From Malacoraja senta (lineage: Eukaryota), in contig CM075995.1 in assembly GCA_038087875.1 (NCBI GenBank), positions 1,800,001 to 1,864,000 of the forward strand: a stretch of DNA of 64,000 bases, given 5' to 3'. The notes beneath the pieces were generated by a model that was not told the DNA's origin, made no database searches, and saw only the letters and a program-made list of their open reading frames with translations. Shown piece by piece: positions 24,965-37,323 of the stretch. Numbering within the stretch: position 1 is the stretch's first letter; each line of letters starts with the position of its first letter. The translations under genes were made by a program, and so were the position numbers.

Positions 24965-25470
24965 GGGGCAGCACAGTGGCACTGCGGTGGGGTTGCTGCC
25001 TCACAACACCAGGGGTCCGGGATCTTGTGTGTTGTTTGTGTGGAGTTTGCACGTTCTCCCATGTGAGCTACGGGCGGTTCCGGTTTTCTCCCACGTTCCA
25101 AAGACGTGTAGGTCTGTAGGTTAATTGGCTTCTGTAAATTGCCCCTAGTGTGTGTAGGATAGAACTAGTGTACGGGTGATCATTGGTCGGCACGGACATG
25201 GTGAGCCGAAGGGTCCATTTCCATGCTGTATCTCTAAAACTAAAATCTAAAACACGTGAGTTCATAGGTGAATTGCCTTCTGTAAATAGCCCTTAGTGTG
25301 TGTAGAATAGAACTAGTGTAAGGGTGATCATTGGTCAGTGTGGGCTCGATGGGCCGAAGGGCCTGTTTCTATACTGTATCTCTAAATTAAACTAGTGTAC
25401 GGGTGATCATTGGACAGCGCGGACTAACTGGGCCGAAAGGCCAGTTTCCACTCTCTATCTCCAAACGAAA
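24965..25470 (+). mobile_element. HE1-like SINE with three tandem 3' tail segments
   Basis: aactagtgta.gggtgatcattgg...gccgaa.gg occurs three times (~25163, 25311, 25390). Confidence 0.8.
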
Positions 25471-25542
25471 CCTCCATTTCACCGTACCTGTCCATGTGAT
25501 GATACAAGGCGATTCAACTTGACCAGAATCGCTGCAGTTGGT

Positions 25543-25762
25543 GTAGGAAGGAACTGCAGATGCTGGTTTAAACCGAAAATAGACACAAAATGCCGGAGTA
25601 ACTCAGCGGGACTGGCAGCATCTCTGGAGAGAAGGAACGGGGTGATGTTCAGACTCGAGTCTGCAGAAGGGTCTCGACCCAAGAACGTCTACCATTCCTT
25701 CTGGCCAGAGATGCCTGCTGCCTGTCCGGCTGAGTTACTCCAGCGTTTAGCGTCTATCTTCA
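25543..25762. mobile_element. Fold-back pLTR-derived element
   Basis: Inverted arms around a degenerate hammerhead core; flanks CTG(C/A)AGTTGGTG. Confidence 0.78.
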
Positions 25763-26259
25763 CTGAAGTTGGTGGGTGCCCTCTCTTGGTGACAGACTGT
25801 AACTGCAGCGCGGGGGAACATTGGGAAGATGCAGACAAGTCTCGCACTGCCACCAATTACCCCGACAAAGAAACAAACTCCAACCATTAACAACCAAGCG
25901 CATGTGAAAGACGTGTCCGCTGCGAGTAGCTATTTAGTACGTGTGTTCATTAACGAGTGGCAGAATATATATGTGACAAAAGATGTTTTTGAATATATTA
26001 TCCAAATTAAACGGTGAATCCACTAAAGCAGCCACCTGTGACTCACTTTGCAATGTCTAGGTGGAGCGGTATTCTCACAAATCTCATTAATCATACCTAT
26101 TATCAAAACATTTTAGTCTGCAAAGCACTGACTATTTTAGGCTTTTCTTTTTCGAAGGGAAAACATGACGTGAAAATAATTGTCATTTCTCCTCCTTCTT
26201 GCCCATTTCATTTTAGTCCCATTCATATTTACTGACTTGGGGATGTTTTATTAGGTCAC

Positions 26260-26588
26260 AAGGTCATAAGGAGCAGGAGCAGAATTAGGCCGTTCTACTC
26301 CAGCGTTCAATCATGGCCGATCTATCTCTCCCTCCTAACCCCATTCTCCTGCCTTCTCCCCACAATCCCTGACACCCGTACCAATCAAGAATCTATCCAT
26401 CTCTGCCTGAAAAATATCCACTGACTTGGCCTCCACAGCCTTCCGTGGCAAAGAATTCCACAGATTCACCACCCTTCGACTAAAGAAATTTCTCCTCATC
26501 TCCTTCCTAAAAGAACCTCCTTTAATTCCGAGGCTGTGACCTCTGGTCCTAGACTCTCCCACTAGTGGAAACATCCTCTCCACATCCT
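26260..26588 (-). mobile_element. CR1-clade LINE 3' end
   Basis: ORF 26335-26583. Confidence 0.88.
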
Positions 26589-26763
26589 ATTGACGTGCTA
26601 TTCTTAAGTTCTCTGACCAAGTGTCATCTTTTAGCCAGAGGGTGTTACCAAATTGTTACCCCACAAGGGCACAACAGTCAATCTTGGACTGCATCTTCAT
26701 TCAACATCTTGGATGGGGGTCATAAAGTCATACTTCTATCCAATCTTGGGGGGAGAGAGGGGG

Positions 26764-26794
<31 letters not shown>

Positions 26795-26868
26795 GAGCCC
26801 AGCTCATCCATCTAAGCTAGGCTGCATTTGGCCCATATCCCTCGAAACCTTTCCTCTCCATGTACCTA

Positions 26869-27440
26869 AGGGCGGCATGGTGGCGCAGCGGTAGAGTTGC
26901 TGCATTACAGCGCCAGAGACCCGGGTTCGATCCTGACTATGGCTGCTGTCCGTACGTTCTCCTTGTCTGTATGAAATACCTGTCTGACTGCGTGGGATTT
27001 CTCCGGGTGCTCCGGATTTCTCCCACACCCCAAAGACATACAGGTTTGTAGGTTAATTGGCTACGGTAAAAGTGTAAATTGCCCCAAGTGTGTAGGAAAG
27101 TGCTGGCGTACGGGATGATCACTAGTCGGCGCGGACTAGTTTTAATTTACTTCAGTGACACAGGCCCTTCGGCCCACTGAGCCCGTGCCGACCAACGATC
27201 CCCGCACACCAACACTGTCCTACACGTACTGGGGGCAATTTATAATTTATACCAAGCCAATTAACCTACAAAGCTGTACTCCTTTGGAGCGTGGGAGGAA
27301 ACCGGAGCGTCCTGGAGAAAACCCACGCAGGTCACGGGGAGAACGCACAAACTCCATACAGATTTCACCTGTAATCAGGATTGAACACGGGATTCTGGCG
27401 CCGCAAGGCAGCAACTCTACCGCTGCGCCACCGTGCCACC
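26869..27440. mobile_element. Tail-to-tail pair of HE1-like SINEs
   Basis: Plus copy 26869-27137, minus copy ~27155-27440. Confidence 0.85.
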
Positions 27441-27504
27441 CATGGCCGCCTCTTATTTCTAAGAGTCTAACGTTTAAGAGTCTAGTGTCTATCAGATGTT
27501 GTTA

Positions 27505-27897
27505 TTCTACCCCAAGGGCCAGGAAGCGAGCGGGCAAGATCATCTCTGACCCCTCTCACCCTGGCCACAAACTCTTTGAATCACTTCCCTCTGGAAGGCG
27601 ACTCCGGATTGTCAAAGCTGCCACAGCCAGACATAAAAACAGTTTTTATCCACGAGTAGTAGCTCTACTCAGCAGCCAAAAATCTGTAGCCTCCCTTTGA
27701 TTTGGAATTTTGTTGGTTCACATGCTTGATCAATGGTGTTTTATCATTAATGTTTTATTATTATTAATGTTTAGTGTTTTCTGAGTCATTCGTAACTGTC
27801 ACTGTATGTCATGTTGTTACTTGTGGGCGGAGCACCAAGGCAAATTCCTTGTATGTGAATACTTGGCCAATAAACCTACTTACTTACTTACTTACTT
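27505..27897 (+). mobile_element. Rex1/Babar-like LINE 3' end (different family)
   Basis: RARKRAGKIISDPSHPGHKLFESLPSGRR...KNSFYP; AATAAA plus (CTTA)n tail. Confidence 0.8.
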
Positions 27898-29999
27898 AAA
27901 GTATCACCTCTGCAGTTCATTCCATATACCCACCACCTTCTGTGTGCCCCTCAGGTTCCTATTACATCTTTTGCCTCTCACTCTAGACCTATGTCCTTAT
28001 GTGCTTGGTTCCTCTGCCTTAATCCCCCTCATGATTTTGTACACCTCCATAAGATCACCCCTCATCCTCCTGCGCTCCAAGGAATAGAGTCCCAGGCTTG
28101 CACAATAGCTGCCTATCGCTCAGGTCCTCGAGTCCCGGCAACATCCTCGTAAATCTTCTCTGCGCTCTTTCTAACTTGATGATCTTCGAGAGGTGTATAA
28201 AATCAGTAGAGGAATAGATCGGGTAGACGCAGGTGAAGGGGGGGGGGAAAGATTTTATAGGAATCTGAGGGGTTACTCTCACACACAGAGGCTGGTGGGT
28301 GTATGGAACGAGCTGCCAGAGGAGGTAGTTGAGGCAGGGAGGTAGGGACTATCACAATGTTTAAGAAACATCTAGGCAGGTACACGGATAGGACCGGTTT
28401 AGAGTGATGGGGGCCAAACACAGGCAAGTGGGACTAGTGTAGGTGGGACATGTTGGTAAGTGTGGGCAAGTTGGGCCGAAGGGCCTGTTTCCACGCCCTA
28501 CGACTGCATGACTCTATGATATCAGGCCAGGTCGGGGGGAGTTCCCCCCGCCACGGGTACCATGTAATCCCGTGCTACCTGCTCCATGGTCGGATACTCG
28601 GCGACTAAACCGTCTCCCCCACCTGGTTTGCCAGGTGAGGAGGGGGCTGTGGACCCCCAGCAGGACCAAAAACAAGACCTGTCAAAGGGCGGATGAGCTC
28701 CTAGCGAGCCGACGGCCATCCACACTTCAGTAGAAGTTGCGATCACTGTCGTACACAGCATTGTAAGGAAAGATGATAAAGCACACACGCACCAAAATCC
28801 TATACTTCCAGCGGCAAGGAACTGGAGGACAGAGATGTGTGGTACGTCCGTCACCGTTCCCGTTGGAAACCAGCACCACTGCGTCGCTAATGTTTTCAAC
28901 GATGATGAATGAACTTCCTGTAGCAGGATGATCAAAACAAACACAGTACTCCAAATATGGTCTCACCAAAGTCTTGTACAACTGTGACATAAACGTCCCA
29001 ACATCTAGACTCAACGCCCTGACGATATTGATCTCAAACAGAGTCAGTGAATGCGACATTTGTCCTTCCATCTTTAGTTTAGTAGCTTGTAATATTGCTC
29101 TGTTTAGGTCGCATAATAACACGATCGAGGCATTCAAGGGGAGCTCTCCAAAGAGCTACAGGAGATAACTGATATTAATTCTGCATGATCAGCCATGATC
29201 ATATTGAATGGCGGTGCTGGCTTGAAGGGCTGAATGGCCTACTCCTGCACCTATTGTCTATGTTTCTATGATTCTATAACAGTGAACTCATTCATTCATT
29301 CATTCATTCACTATGGTCCCAAGCATCGATCCAGGCTCTACATACATATGTTTTCCCCGCAATACTCCTGCATGGTGTTCATGAGGCCACCAGAGCCACA
29401 GCAGATCAACCTTGAGTTTGTGTGATGGTCCAATATGAGCGAAAGCAAATTATCTCCCAAAATGTTTTTCCGTTGACTTCAATGAACAAAGGTGATATAA
29501 ATCTGACCGTCATCCAACTTAAGCAATACACACGGTGCTGGAGGAGCTCAGCAGGTCAGGCAACTTCTCTGGAGAGAATGGACTGGTGAGGTTTCGGGTC
29601 AGGATGCTTCTTCGGACTGATTGTAGTGGGGAGAGTGGGAGAAAGCTGGAAAGTGTTCAGCAAAACGATGGCCCTTACAACCCAGAGGTGTGAACATTGA
29701 TTTCTCTAATTTCAAGTGACCCCTGCATTCCCTCTCTCCCCCCCTCCCCTCCCCCACCTTAGTCATCCTACTAGTTCCACTGTTCACATCCTTTCGTGAT
29801 CACCTCTACTTCCCCAGCCAACAATGGGCCATTATGGACTCTACCCTTCCTCGGTCATCTGTCGGGTCAGGCAGCATCTCTGGAGAAAATGGTGTCCACT
29901 CCTTCTCTCCAGAGATGCTGCCTCACCCGCTGAGTTAATCCAGCATTAAGTGTCTACCTTCGATTTAAACCAGCATTTACAGTTCTTTCTTACACTTTA

Positions 30000-30704
30000 T
30001 GTGTAAACTTTATTTACACAATAAAGTTTTATTCAGAACTATGGTGTGTTTATCAAAATTATATAAATATAATCATTGTATAAATATATGAATCTATAGA
30101 TTTGATTGTAATAATCGGTAAAACAGGGATAAAAGTTCTGAATACAAAGCATATGTCAGGAGATCCAGGATCGAACCCGGGTCTCTGGCGTTGTAAGGCA
30201 GCAACTCTACCGCTGCTCCACCGTGCCGCCCCATAGGATAGGTACAATAGTGTGGCAATTATGTGATTGGACTGGGAAACGGATTCAATAACTCATGGAT
30301 TTAACTCTTATACCATACTTCATAGAGAAGGAACTACCAACCAAGTCTGTTTTTATTTTACCTCCCATTACCAGGTCCAGATACCTTTTATTTATTTATT
30401 TGTGTAAACTTTATTTACACAATAAAGTTTTATTCAGAACTATGGTGTGTTTATCAAAATTATATAAATATAATCATTGTATAAATATATGAATCTATAG
30501 ATTTGATTGTAATAATCGGTAAAACAGGGATAAAAGTTCTGAATACAAAGCATATGTCAGGAGATCCAGGATCGAACCCGGGTCTCTGGCGTTGTAAGGC
30601 AGCAACTCTACCGCTGCTCCACCGTGCCGCCCCATAGGATAGGTACAATAGTGTGGCAATTATGTGATTGGACTGGGAAACGGATTCAATAACTCATGGA
30701 TTTA
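30000..30704 (+). repeat. 304-bp perfect direct repeat (30000-30303 and 30401-30704)
   Basis: No differences seen by eye; both copies give identical 62-aa ORFs; includes a SINE head. Confidence 0.92.
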
Positions 30705-30757
30705 TATCCCACCTTGATATCTCATACTTTCATGGAGTTCTGCAACACTGAAATGAC

Positions 30758-30956
30758 AGATAGACACGAAAAGCTGGAGTAATTCAGCGGGACGGGCAGG
30801 ATCTCTGGAGAGAAGGAATGGGTGACGTCAGACTGAAGAAGGGTCTCGACCCGAAACGTCACCCATTCCTTCTCTCCAGAGATCCTGCCCGTCCCGCTGA
30901 ATTACTCCAGCTTTTCGTGTCTATCTTTGGTTTCAACCAGCATCTGCAGTTCCTTC
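30758..30956. mobile_element. Perfect fold-back pLTR-derived element with hammerhead core in loop
   Basis: 71-bp perfect inverted arms at 30758-30828 and 30856-30926; core at 30833-30860. Confidence 0.88.
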
Positions 30957-30959
30957 TTA

Positions 30960-31186
30960 AGGGCCTGTCCCAGTTTCACGACCTAACTCACGACCTCTGT
31001 CGAGTTTGCCCTTGACTCATACTCGCAGCATGGTTGTCACGAGGTCGTAGGTAGGTCGTAGCAGGCCGTGCTGCTAGTCGTAGGTACTCGTGGCATCAAG
31101 TAGGTCGGGCCGTTTTTCTAGCCTGATGAAAAATGTCCACGAGTAAAAAAGGTCGTGAATTAGGTCGTGAAAGTGGGACGGGCCCT
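30960..31186. mobile_element. PIF/Harbinger-like MITE (reverse-orientation relative of 16511-16735)
   Basis: TIRs AGGGCCTGTCCCAGTTTCACGACC / GGTCGTGAAAGTGGGACGGGCCCT; TTA TSD. Confidence 0.88.
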
Positions 31187-31604
31187 TTACACATTGAAAT
31201 GAAAAGCTGGTGTCAGTACATTAAAAAAGTTCATAGAAAATTTCATTTCAAGGCCACTTGCCACGAAACCCCTCTGGTGGTGATCTAACTCTATTTGGCA
31301 CCGTTCGCTCTGGCGAGCTCCCAACATGTAATCAGACAGGCAGAAAATTCCATGTAACAATCCCTTAATATTCACAGTCTCCCCAGTACACCGTGTGACT
31401 TGGACATGGTGAAGTTGGGCTAGAAAGGAACAATAGGTTTTCATTTGGTCATGGGCCAGATAGAAATAATATCAACACAACTGCTAAAAAATGGAACAAG
31501 GGATCCTATAAACTGGAAAATAGGAAAAATGTCTTGGAGGTAGCTTGGCTCAGCTGGTAATCCATTTTCAGCTGAATCGGTCTGCACTTTCCACGCTGCA
31601 GTCC

Positions 31605-32291
31605 CCGACAGTCTTTTCATGTGAGGTAGAGGTTCACTTGCACCTCCTCCAACCTCATCCGCTGTATCCGCTGTTCTAGGTGTGGTCTCCTGTGTATCGG
31701 CGAGACCAAGCGCAAGCTCAGCGATCGTTTTGCTGAACCGTCCTCTCGGTCCGCCTAAACCTACCTGATCTCCCGGTTGCTGAACACTTTAACTTCCGCC
31801 CTCCCCCCCCCTTCCCTCCCATTCCCACGCTGACCTTTCTGTCCTGGGCCTCCTCCACTGTCAGAGTGAGGCCCAGCTCAAATTGGAGGAACAGCACCTC
31901 ATATTTCACTGGGGCAGCTTACAACTCAGCGGGATGGATTTTGATTTCTCTCACTTCAAGTAAACATTGCATCCGCTCTCTCTCCGTCCCTCCCCCACCT
32001 TAGTCATCGTACTAGTTTCACTGTCGTCCTGTTGAGTTTCACCGTCTCGGTATCACCTGGCCCACAGCCAACAATGGACCATTGTGGGCTCCATCAATCC
32101 TTGATCATCGTTGCTTTTTGCATCTCTTTCATTCATTTGTTCTATATCTCTATATCGCCGTCTATATATCGTTTGTTTCCCTTTCGCCCGACTCTCAGTC
32201 TGAAGAAGGGTCTCGACCCGAAACGTCACCTATTCCTTTTCTCCAGTGATGCTGCCTGACCCGCTGAGTTACTCCAGCTTTTTGTGTCTAA
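31605..32291 (+). mobile_element. Penelope 3' fragment (degenerate GIY-YIG) plus pLTR
   Basis: FTCTSSNLIRCIRCSRCGLLCIGETKR-like sequence; hammerhead core at 32200-32227. Confidence 0.85.
32200..32227 (+). ncRNA. Minimal hammerhead ribozyme-like core
   Basis: CTGAAGA-A-GGGT-CTCG-ACCC-GAAA-CGTC. Confidence 0.7.
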
Positions 32292-32714
32292 CGTACACTT
32301 AACAAGCTTCAGTTCCAAGCAATAAACACATCATTAGGCCTAACACTTTATTGCAGTAGAAGGGGAATCTTACTTTAGAGTCATGGAGTCGTACGGCACG
32401 GAAGCAGGCCCTTCACCCCAATTTGCCCACACTGACCAACATGCCACATCAACACTGGTCCCATCTGCCTGCTTTCTTGGAGGCAGTGAGGTGTATGTGG
32501 AAATAGAAATCGGAAGAGATGTAAAACAAGCCAAGTCACTGTCACCTGTTTATGGTATTGCAAAAAGTCATGGCGTCTTACAACAGGGAAACAGATCCCT
32601 ACTGACCAAGATACTCTGACTAAGCTAATTCCATTTGCCTATGTTTGCCCCCATATCCCTCCTAATCTTTGCTATCCATCTACCTGTCCAAATGTCTTTT
32701 TGAACTTTTGTTTT

Positions 32715-33028
32715 AATTTAGTGACACAGCGCGGAATCTGGCCCTTTGGCCCATCGAGTCCGGCAACGACCAGCGATCCCCGCACATTAACTTTACCTTA
32801 CACACACACCAGGGGAAATCTAAACACGCAACAAGCCAATTAACCTACAAACCTGTACGTCTTTGGAGTGTGGGAGGAAACCGAAGATCTCGGAGAAATC
32901 CCACGCGGGTCACGGGGACAACGTGCAAACTCCGTACAGACAGCACCCGTAGTCGGGATGGAACCCGGATCTCCGGCGCTGCAAGCGCTGTAAGGCAGCA
33001 ACTCTGCCGCTGCGCCACCGTGCCACCC
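32715..33028 (-). mobile_element. HE1-like SINE
   Basis: Family similarity. Confidence 0.9.
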
Positions 33029-33334
33029 TGTTGATATTGTATGCTGTTATTGTACCTGTTTCATCGACTTCCTCTGGCAACATGTTCTGTATTTAACCAT
33101 CGCCAGGTGTTGGGAATGGATGAGAACGTGGAATATCGTGGAACCAGTGTGAACGGGTGATCAGTGGTCGGTGTGGACTCAGTGGGCCGCAGGGCTGTTT
33201 CCGTGATGTATCTCTAAACTAAACTAAACTAAACTTACTCCAAAAGTAGCCGAACCACAGTCCTATAAAGATGCAACTTCAAGAATCAGGATCACATCAT
33301 TACGATTCGATTATCTAATCCACACCACACTGAA

Positions 33335-33685
33335 TAGAGTGGATGTGGAGAGGATGTTTCCACTAGTGGGAGAGTCTAGGACCAGAAATCATAGCCTCAG
33401 ATTTAAAGGACGTTCCTTTCGGAAGGAGATGAGGAGGAATTTCTTTAGTCAGAGGGTGGTGAATCTGTAGAATTCATTGCCACAGAAGGCTGTGGAGACC
33501 AAGTCAATGGATATTTTTTAAGGCAGAGATAGATAGATTCTAGATTAGTACGGGTGTCAGGGGTTACGGGGAGAAGGCAGGAGAATGGGGTTAGGAGGGA
33601 GAGATAGATCAGCCGTGATTGAAGGGCGGAGTAGACTTGATGGGCCGAATGGCCTAATTCTGCTCCTATAAACTTATGAACTTAT
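33335..33685 (+). mobile_element. CR1-clade LINE 3' end
   Basis: RVDVERMFPLVGESRT-like coding sequence plus 3' UTR. Confidence 0.88.
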
Positions 33686-33809
33686 GGAGCACATACAATG
33701 TGCAAATCTGCTCCTTCACAAGAGTCATGTGAGCAAAGAGTGTTCTATTGCCATATGTCCCGAAACGGAACGATTCAATTCCTACTTGCACCCATGTTCA
33801 ATGTAAAGT

Positions 33810-34400
33810 ACAGTTTAGTTTAGCTTAGTGTTACAGCGCAGAAACAGGTCCTTCAGCCCACCGAGTCCGGGCCGACCAGCGTTCCACACACATTAACACT
33901 ATCCTACACACACTAGGAACAATTTACAATGATACCAAGCCAATTAGCCTACAAACCTGTACGTTTTTGGAGTGTGGGAGGAAGGAAATAACTCTACTGC
34001 CACACCACTACGCTGCCCGTAACTTAAAGATTGTGGAGGCTTTGGAGAGGGTGCAGAAGAGGTTTACTATACATTGTGCGTGTAGACTTTAGATGTATCG
34101 ATACAGTGTGGAGACAGGCTCTTTGGCCCACCAATTCCACGCCGACCAGTGATCAGCCCCGACACTAATGCTATCCTACACACACTAGGGACCATTCGCA
34201 ATTAGTTTTACCAAAGGCCAATTAACGTACAATCCTGCACGTACGTCTTGGGAGTGTGCGGAGGAAACCGGAGCACCCGGAGAGAACCCACGCAGGTCAC
34301 GTGGAGAATGTACAAATTCCGCCCACCCGTAGTCAGGATCGAACCCGGGTCTCTGGCGCTGTAAGGCTAGCAGCTCTGCTCCTGCGCCACCGTGCCGCCC
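33810..34400 (-). mobile_element. Two HE1-like SINE copies
   Basis: ~33810-34010 (deleted) and ~34085-34400. Confidence 0.82.
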
Positions 34401-34492
34401 AACAGGTTAAAACACCGAAGAAGTCTGAAGAAGAAGGGTCGCGACCCGACACGTCACCCATTCCTTCTCTTCGGAGATGCTGCCTGACAGGC

Positions 34493-35355
34493 AGCTGATG
34501 ACACCACTGTTGTGGGACGTATCACTGATGGGGATGAGTCAGAGTACAGAAGAGAGATCGAGCAACTGTCCATATGGTGCCAGCACAACAACCTGGCCCT
34601 CAACACCAGCAAAACCAAGGAACTGATTGTGGACTTTGGAAGGAGTAGGATGGGGAACCACAGTTCCATTTATATCAACGAGTCGATGGTTGAAAGGGTC
34701 AAGAGCTTCAAATTCCTGGGCGTGCACATCTCTGAAGATCTTTCCTGGTCCGAGAACAATGATGCCATTATTAAGAAAGCACATCAGCGCCTCCACTTCC
34801 TGAGAAGATTACGGAGTCGGTTTGTCAAGGAGGACTCTCTCTAACTTCTACAGGTGCACAGTAGAGAGCATGCTGACCGGTTGCATCGTGGCTTGGTTCG
34901 GCAACTTGAGTGCCCTGGAGAGGAAAAGACTACAAAAAGTAGTAAACACTGCCCAGTCCATCATCGGCTCTGACCTCCCTTCCATCGAGGGGATCTACCA
35001 CAGTCGCTGCCTCAAAAAGGCTGGCAGCATCATCAAGGACCCACTCCATCCTGGCCACACACTCATCTCCCTACTACCTTCAGGTAGAAGGTACAGGAGC
35101 CTGAAGACTGCAACGACCAGGTTCAGGAACAGCTACTTCCCCACAGCCATCAGGCTATTAAACCTGGCTCGGACATAACACTGAACTTTACTAGCCAATA
35201 CTGTTATTTGCACTTTATCAGTATATTGACCATTGTGTATATATTTATAGAATGCCTTGTAGTCAATGCCTACTATGTTCTGTGCTCAAGCAAAGCAAGA
35301 ATTTCATTGTCCTACCAGGGACACATGACAATAAACTCACTTGACTTGACTTGAC
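34493..35355 (+). mobile_element. Rex1/Babar-like LINE, 5'-truncated
   Basis: Starts at ADDTTVVG (RT motif end), continues WCQHNNLALNTSKTKELIVDF; (CTTGA)n tail; close relative of 23367-24111. Confidence 0.9.
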
Positions 35356-35740
35356 TCCAGCTTTTTGTGTCTGTCTTAAGTTTAATGCCGCACCCAGCTT
35401 AGTGTTAAATTGAGTGCCGAGTGGTTTTCCAGCGATGTAGCCGTCTCGCCTGAAACGAGCGAAAAGTAATAAAGGAATAGGCTAATTCTATCTAATTCCT
35501 GTCGACACTGTGACTTGTTGTGGTGACATCTGCCACACTGTGCACAATAACAAACCATTACAAATGAGAAGGAGAGACATTTCACTGGTGTAGAGTGTTA
35601 TCAGACCATTACTGTGCCTTGAGTCAAATCTCCTAGGCACCTATCAGTCGCCTCATTATTTGTATCACAGGGAAGTCCAGGAGGAACAACTCCGGCGCTC
35701 ACTTTTTCAGAGCTCATTAGATGAACGGAAATTAGAAGTC

Positions 35741-35742
<2 letters not shown>

Positions 35743-35794
<52 letters not shown>

Positions 35795-35800
35795 GAGAGA
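35743..35800 (+). repeat. (GA)n microsatellite
   Basis: Direct observation. Confidence 0.97.
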
Positions 35801-36106
35801 GCAGGTTGCCACCTAGCCAGTACGAAATAATAGCCAGCATGGTGAACACTGTAACACTGAATGTTGCCTCATTACTGTTGTCTCTTCATTTGGACAAAGA
35901 GATGGCCTTAGAACGCCTGTGTTGCATTGCCCTCAAAATCCATTTGGACTTATGGAAATTTATGGCACAGAATTGACAGATTGTTGACAGATTGAATCTG
36001 AAATCAGCTTAACATCAGATAAGTAAAACATAAAGAAAATATTCTGTCACAGCGGGTTAAAAATCATAAGTGAAGCATCACCATATCAATGGCATTTTCG
36101 TCGATT

Positions 36107-36350
36107 CTAGTTTAGGTCAGAGATACAGCGCAGAAACAGGCCCTTCGGCCCATCGAGTCCGTGCTGACCAGCGTTCCCCGTACACTAACACTATCCGACA
36201 CACACTGGGGACACTTTACAATTATATCAAGCCAATTAGCCGACCAACCTGTACGTCTTTGGAGTGAGGGAGGGAACCGGAGCACCCAGAGAAAACCCAC
36301 GCAGGTCACGGGGAGAACGTACAAACTCCGTACAGACAGCACCCGTAGTC
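36107..36350 (-). mobile_element. HE1-like SINE (5' truncated)
   Basis: Family similarity. Confidence 0.85.
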
Positions 36351-36415
36351 AAGTTCAAGTTCAAGTTCAAGTTCGCTTTTATTGTCACATGCGCCAATTT
36401 AGGTACAGTGATATT

Positions 36416-36652
36416 TGGAAACACTTTTTCACACAGAGGGTTGTGAGTCTGTGGAATTCTCTGCCTCAAAGGGCGGTGGAGGTTGGTTCTCTGGATACTT
36501 TCAAGAGAGAGCTAGATGGGGCTCTTAAAGATAGTGGAGTTAGGGGATTTGGGGAGAAGGCAGGAACGGGGTACTGATTGTGGATGATCAGCCATGATCA
36601 CATGAATGGCAGTGCTTGCTCGAAGGACAGAATATTGGCTATTGTCTATTGT
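36416..36652 (+). mobile_element. CR1-clade LINE 3' end
   Basis: KHFFTQRVVSLWNSLP...GEKAGTGY. Confidence 0.88.
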
Positions 36653-36769
36653 CGATTCTAGTCTTAATCGAAAAGTGAGATCTGCTGTGAATTAATTATA
36701 TTGACAGAAAGTGCATGTTAGCAAAGCAATACCATGTATGAAAGTGGGTCGATTGGGCTTGTGATGAAA

Positions 36770-37207
36770 GAATGGGTCGACTGGACTTGTATTCACTGGA
36801 ATTTTGAAAGATGAGAGGGGATCTTATAGTAATATAAAATTCTTAAAGGATTGGACAGGCTAAATGCAGGAAAAATGTTTCCCATGTTGGAGGAGTCCAG
36901 AACCAGGGGTCACAGTTTAAGAATAATGGGTAGGCCATTTAGGACTGCGATGAGGAAAAACTTTTTCACCCAGAGAGTTGTGAATCTGTGGAATTCTCTG
37001 CCACAGAAGGCAGTGGGGGCCAATTCACTGGATGTTTTCAAGAGAGAGTTAGATTTAGCTCTTTGGGCTAGAGGAATCACGGGATATGGGGAGAAAGCAG
37101 GAACGGGGTACTGATTTTGGATGATCAGCCATGATCATATTGAGTGGCGGTGCTGGCACGAAGGGCCGAATGGCCTACTCCTGCACCTATTTTCTATGTT
37201 TCTATGT
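36770..37207 (+). mobile_element. CR1-clade LINE 3' end
   Basis: ORF 36851-37114 plus tail. Confidence 0.9.
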
Positions 37208-37323
37208 ATATTATAGTCCAAGTTCTGATACAGTGTTAAATAAGTGAGATCAAGTCCCATTTTCAATCTTTCACGGCTTCGAAAAGGATGGCACGGTGTC
37301 GCAGCGGTAGAGTTGCTGCCTAA

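Noticed and set aside
30000..30704. LTR pair of a mini-retrotransposon
   Set aside because: No TG...CA termini, PBS/PPT or TSD seen, and the repeat includes a SINE fragment.
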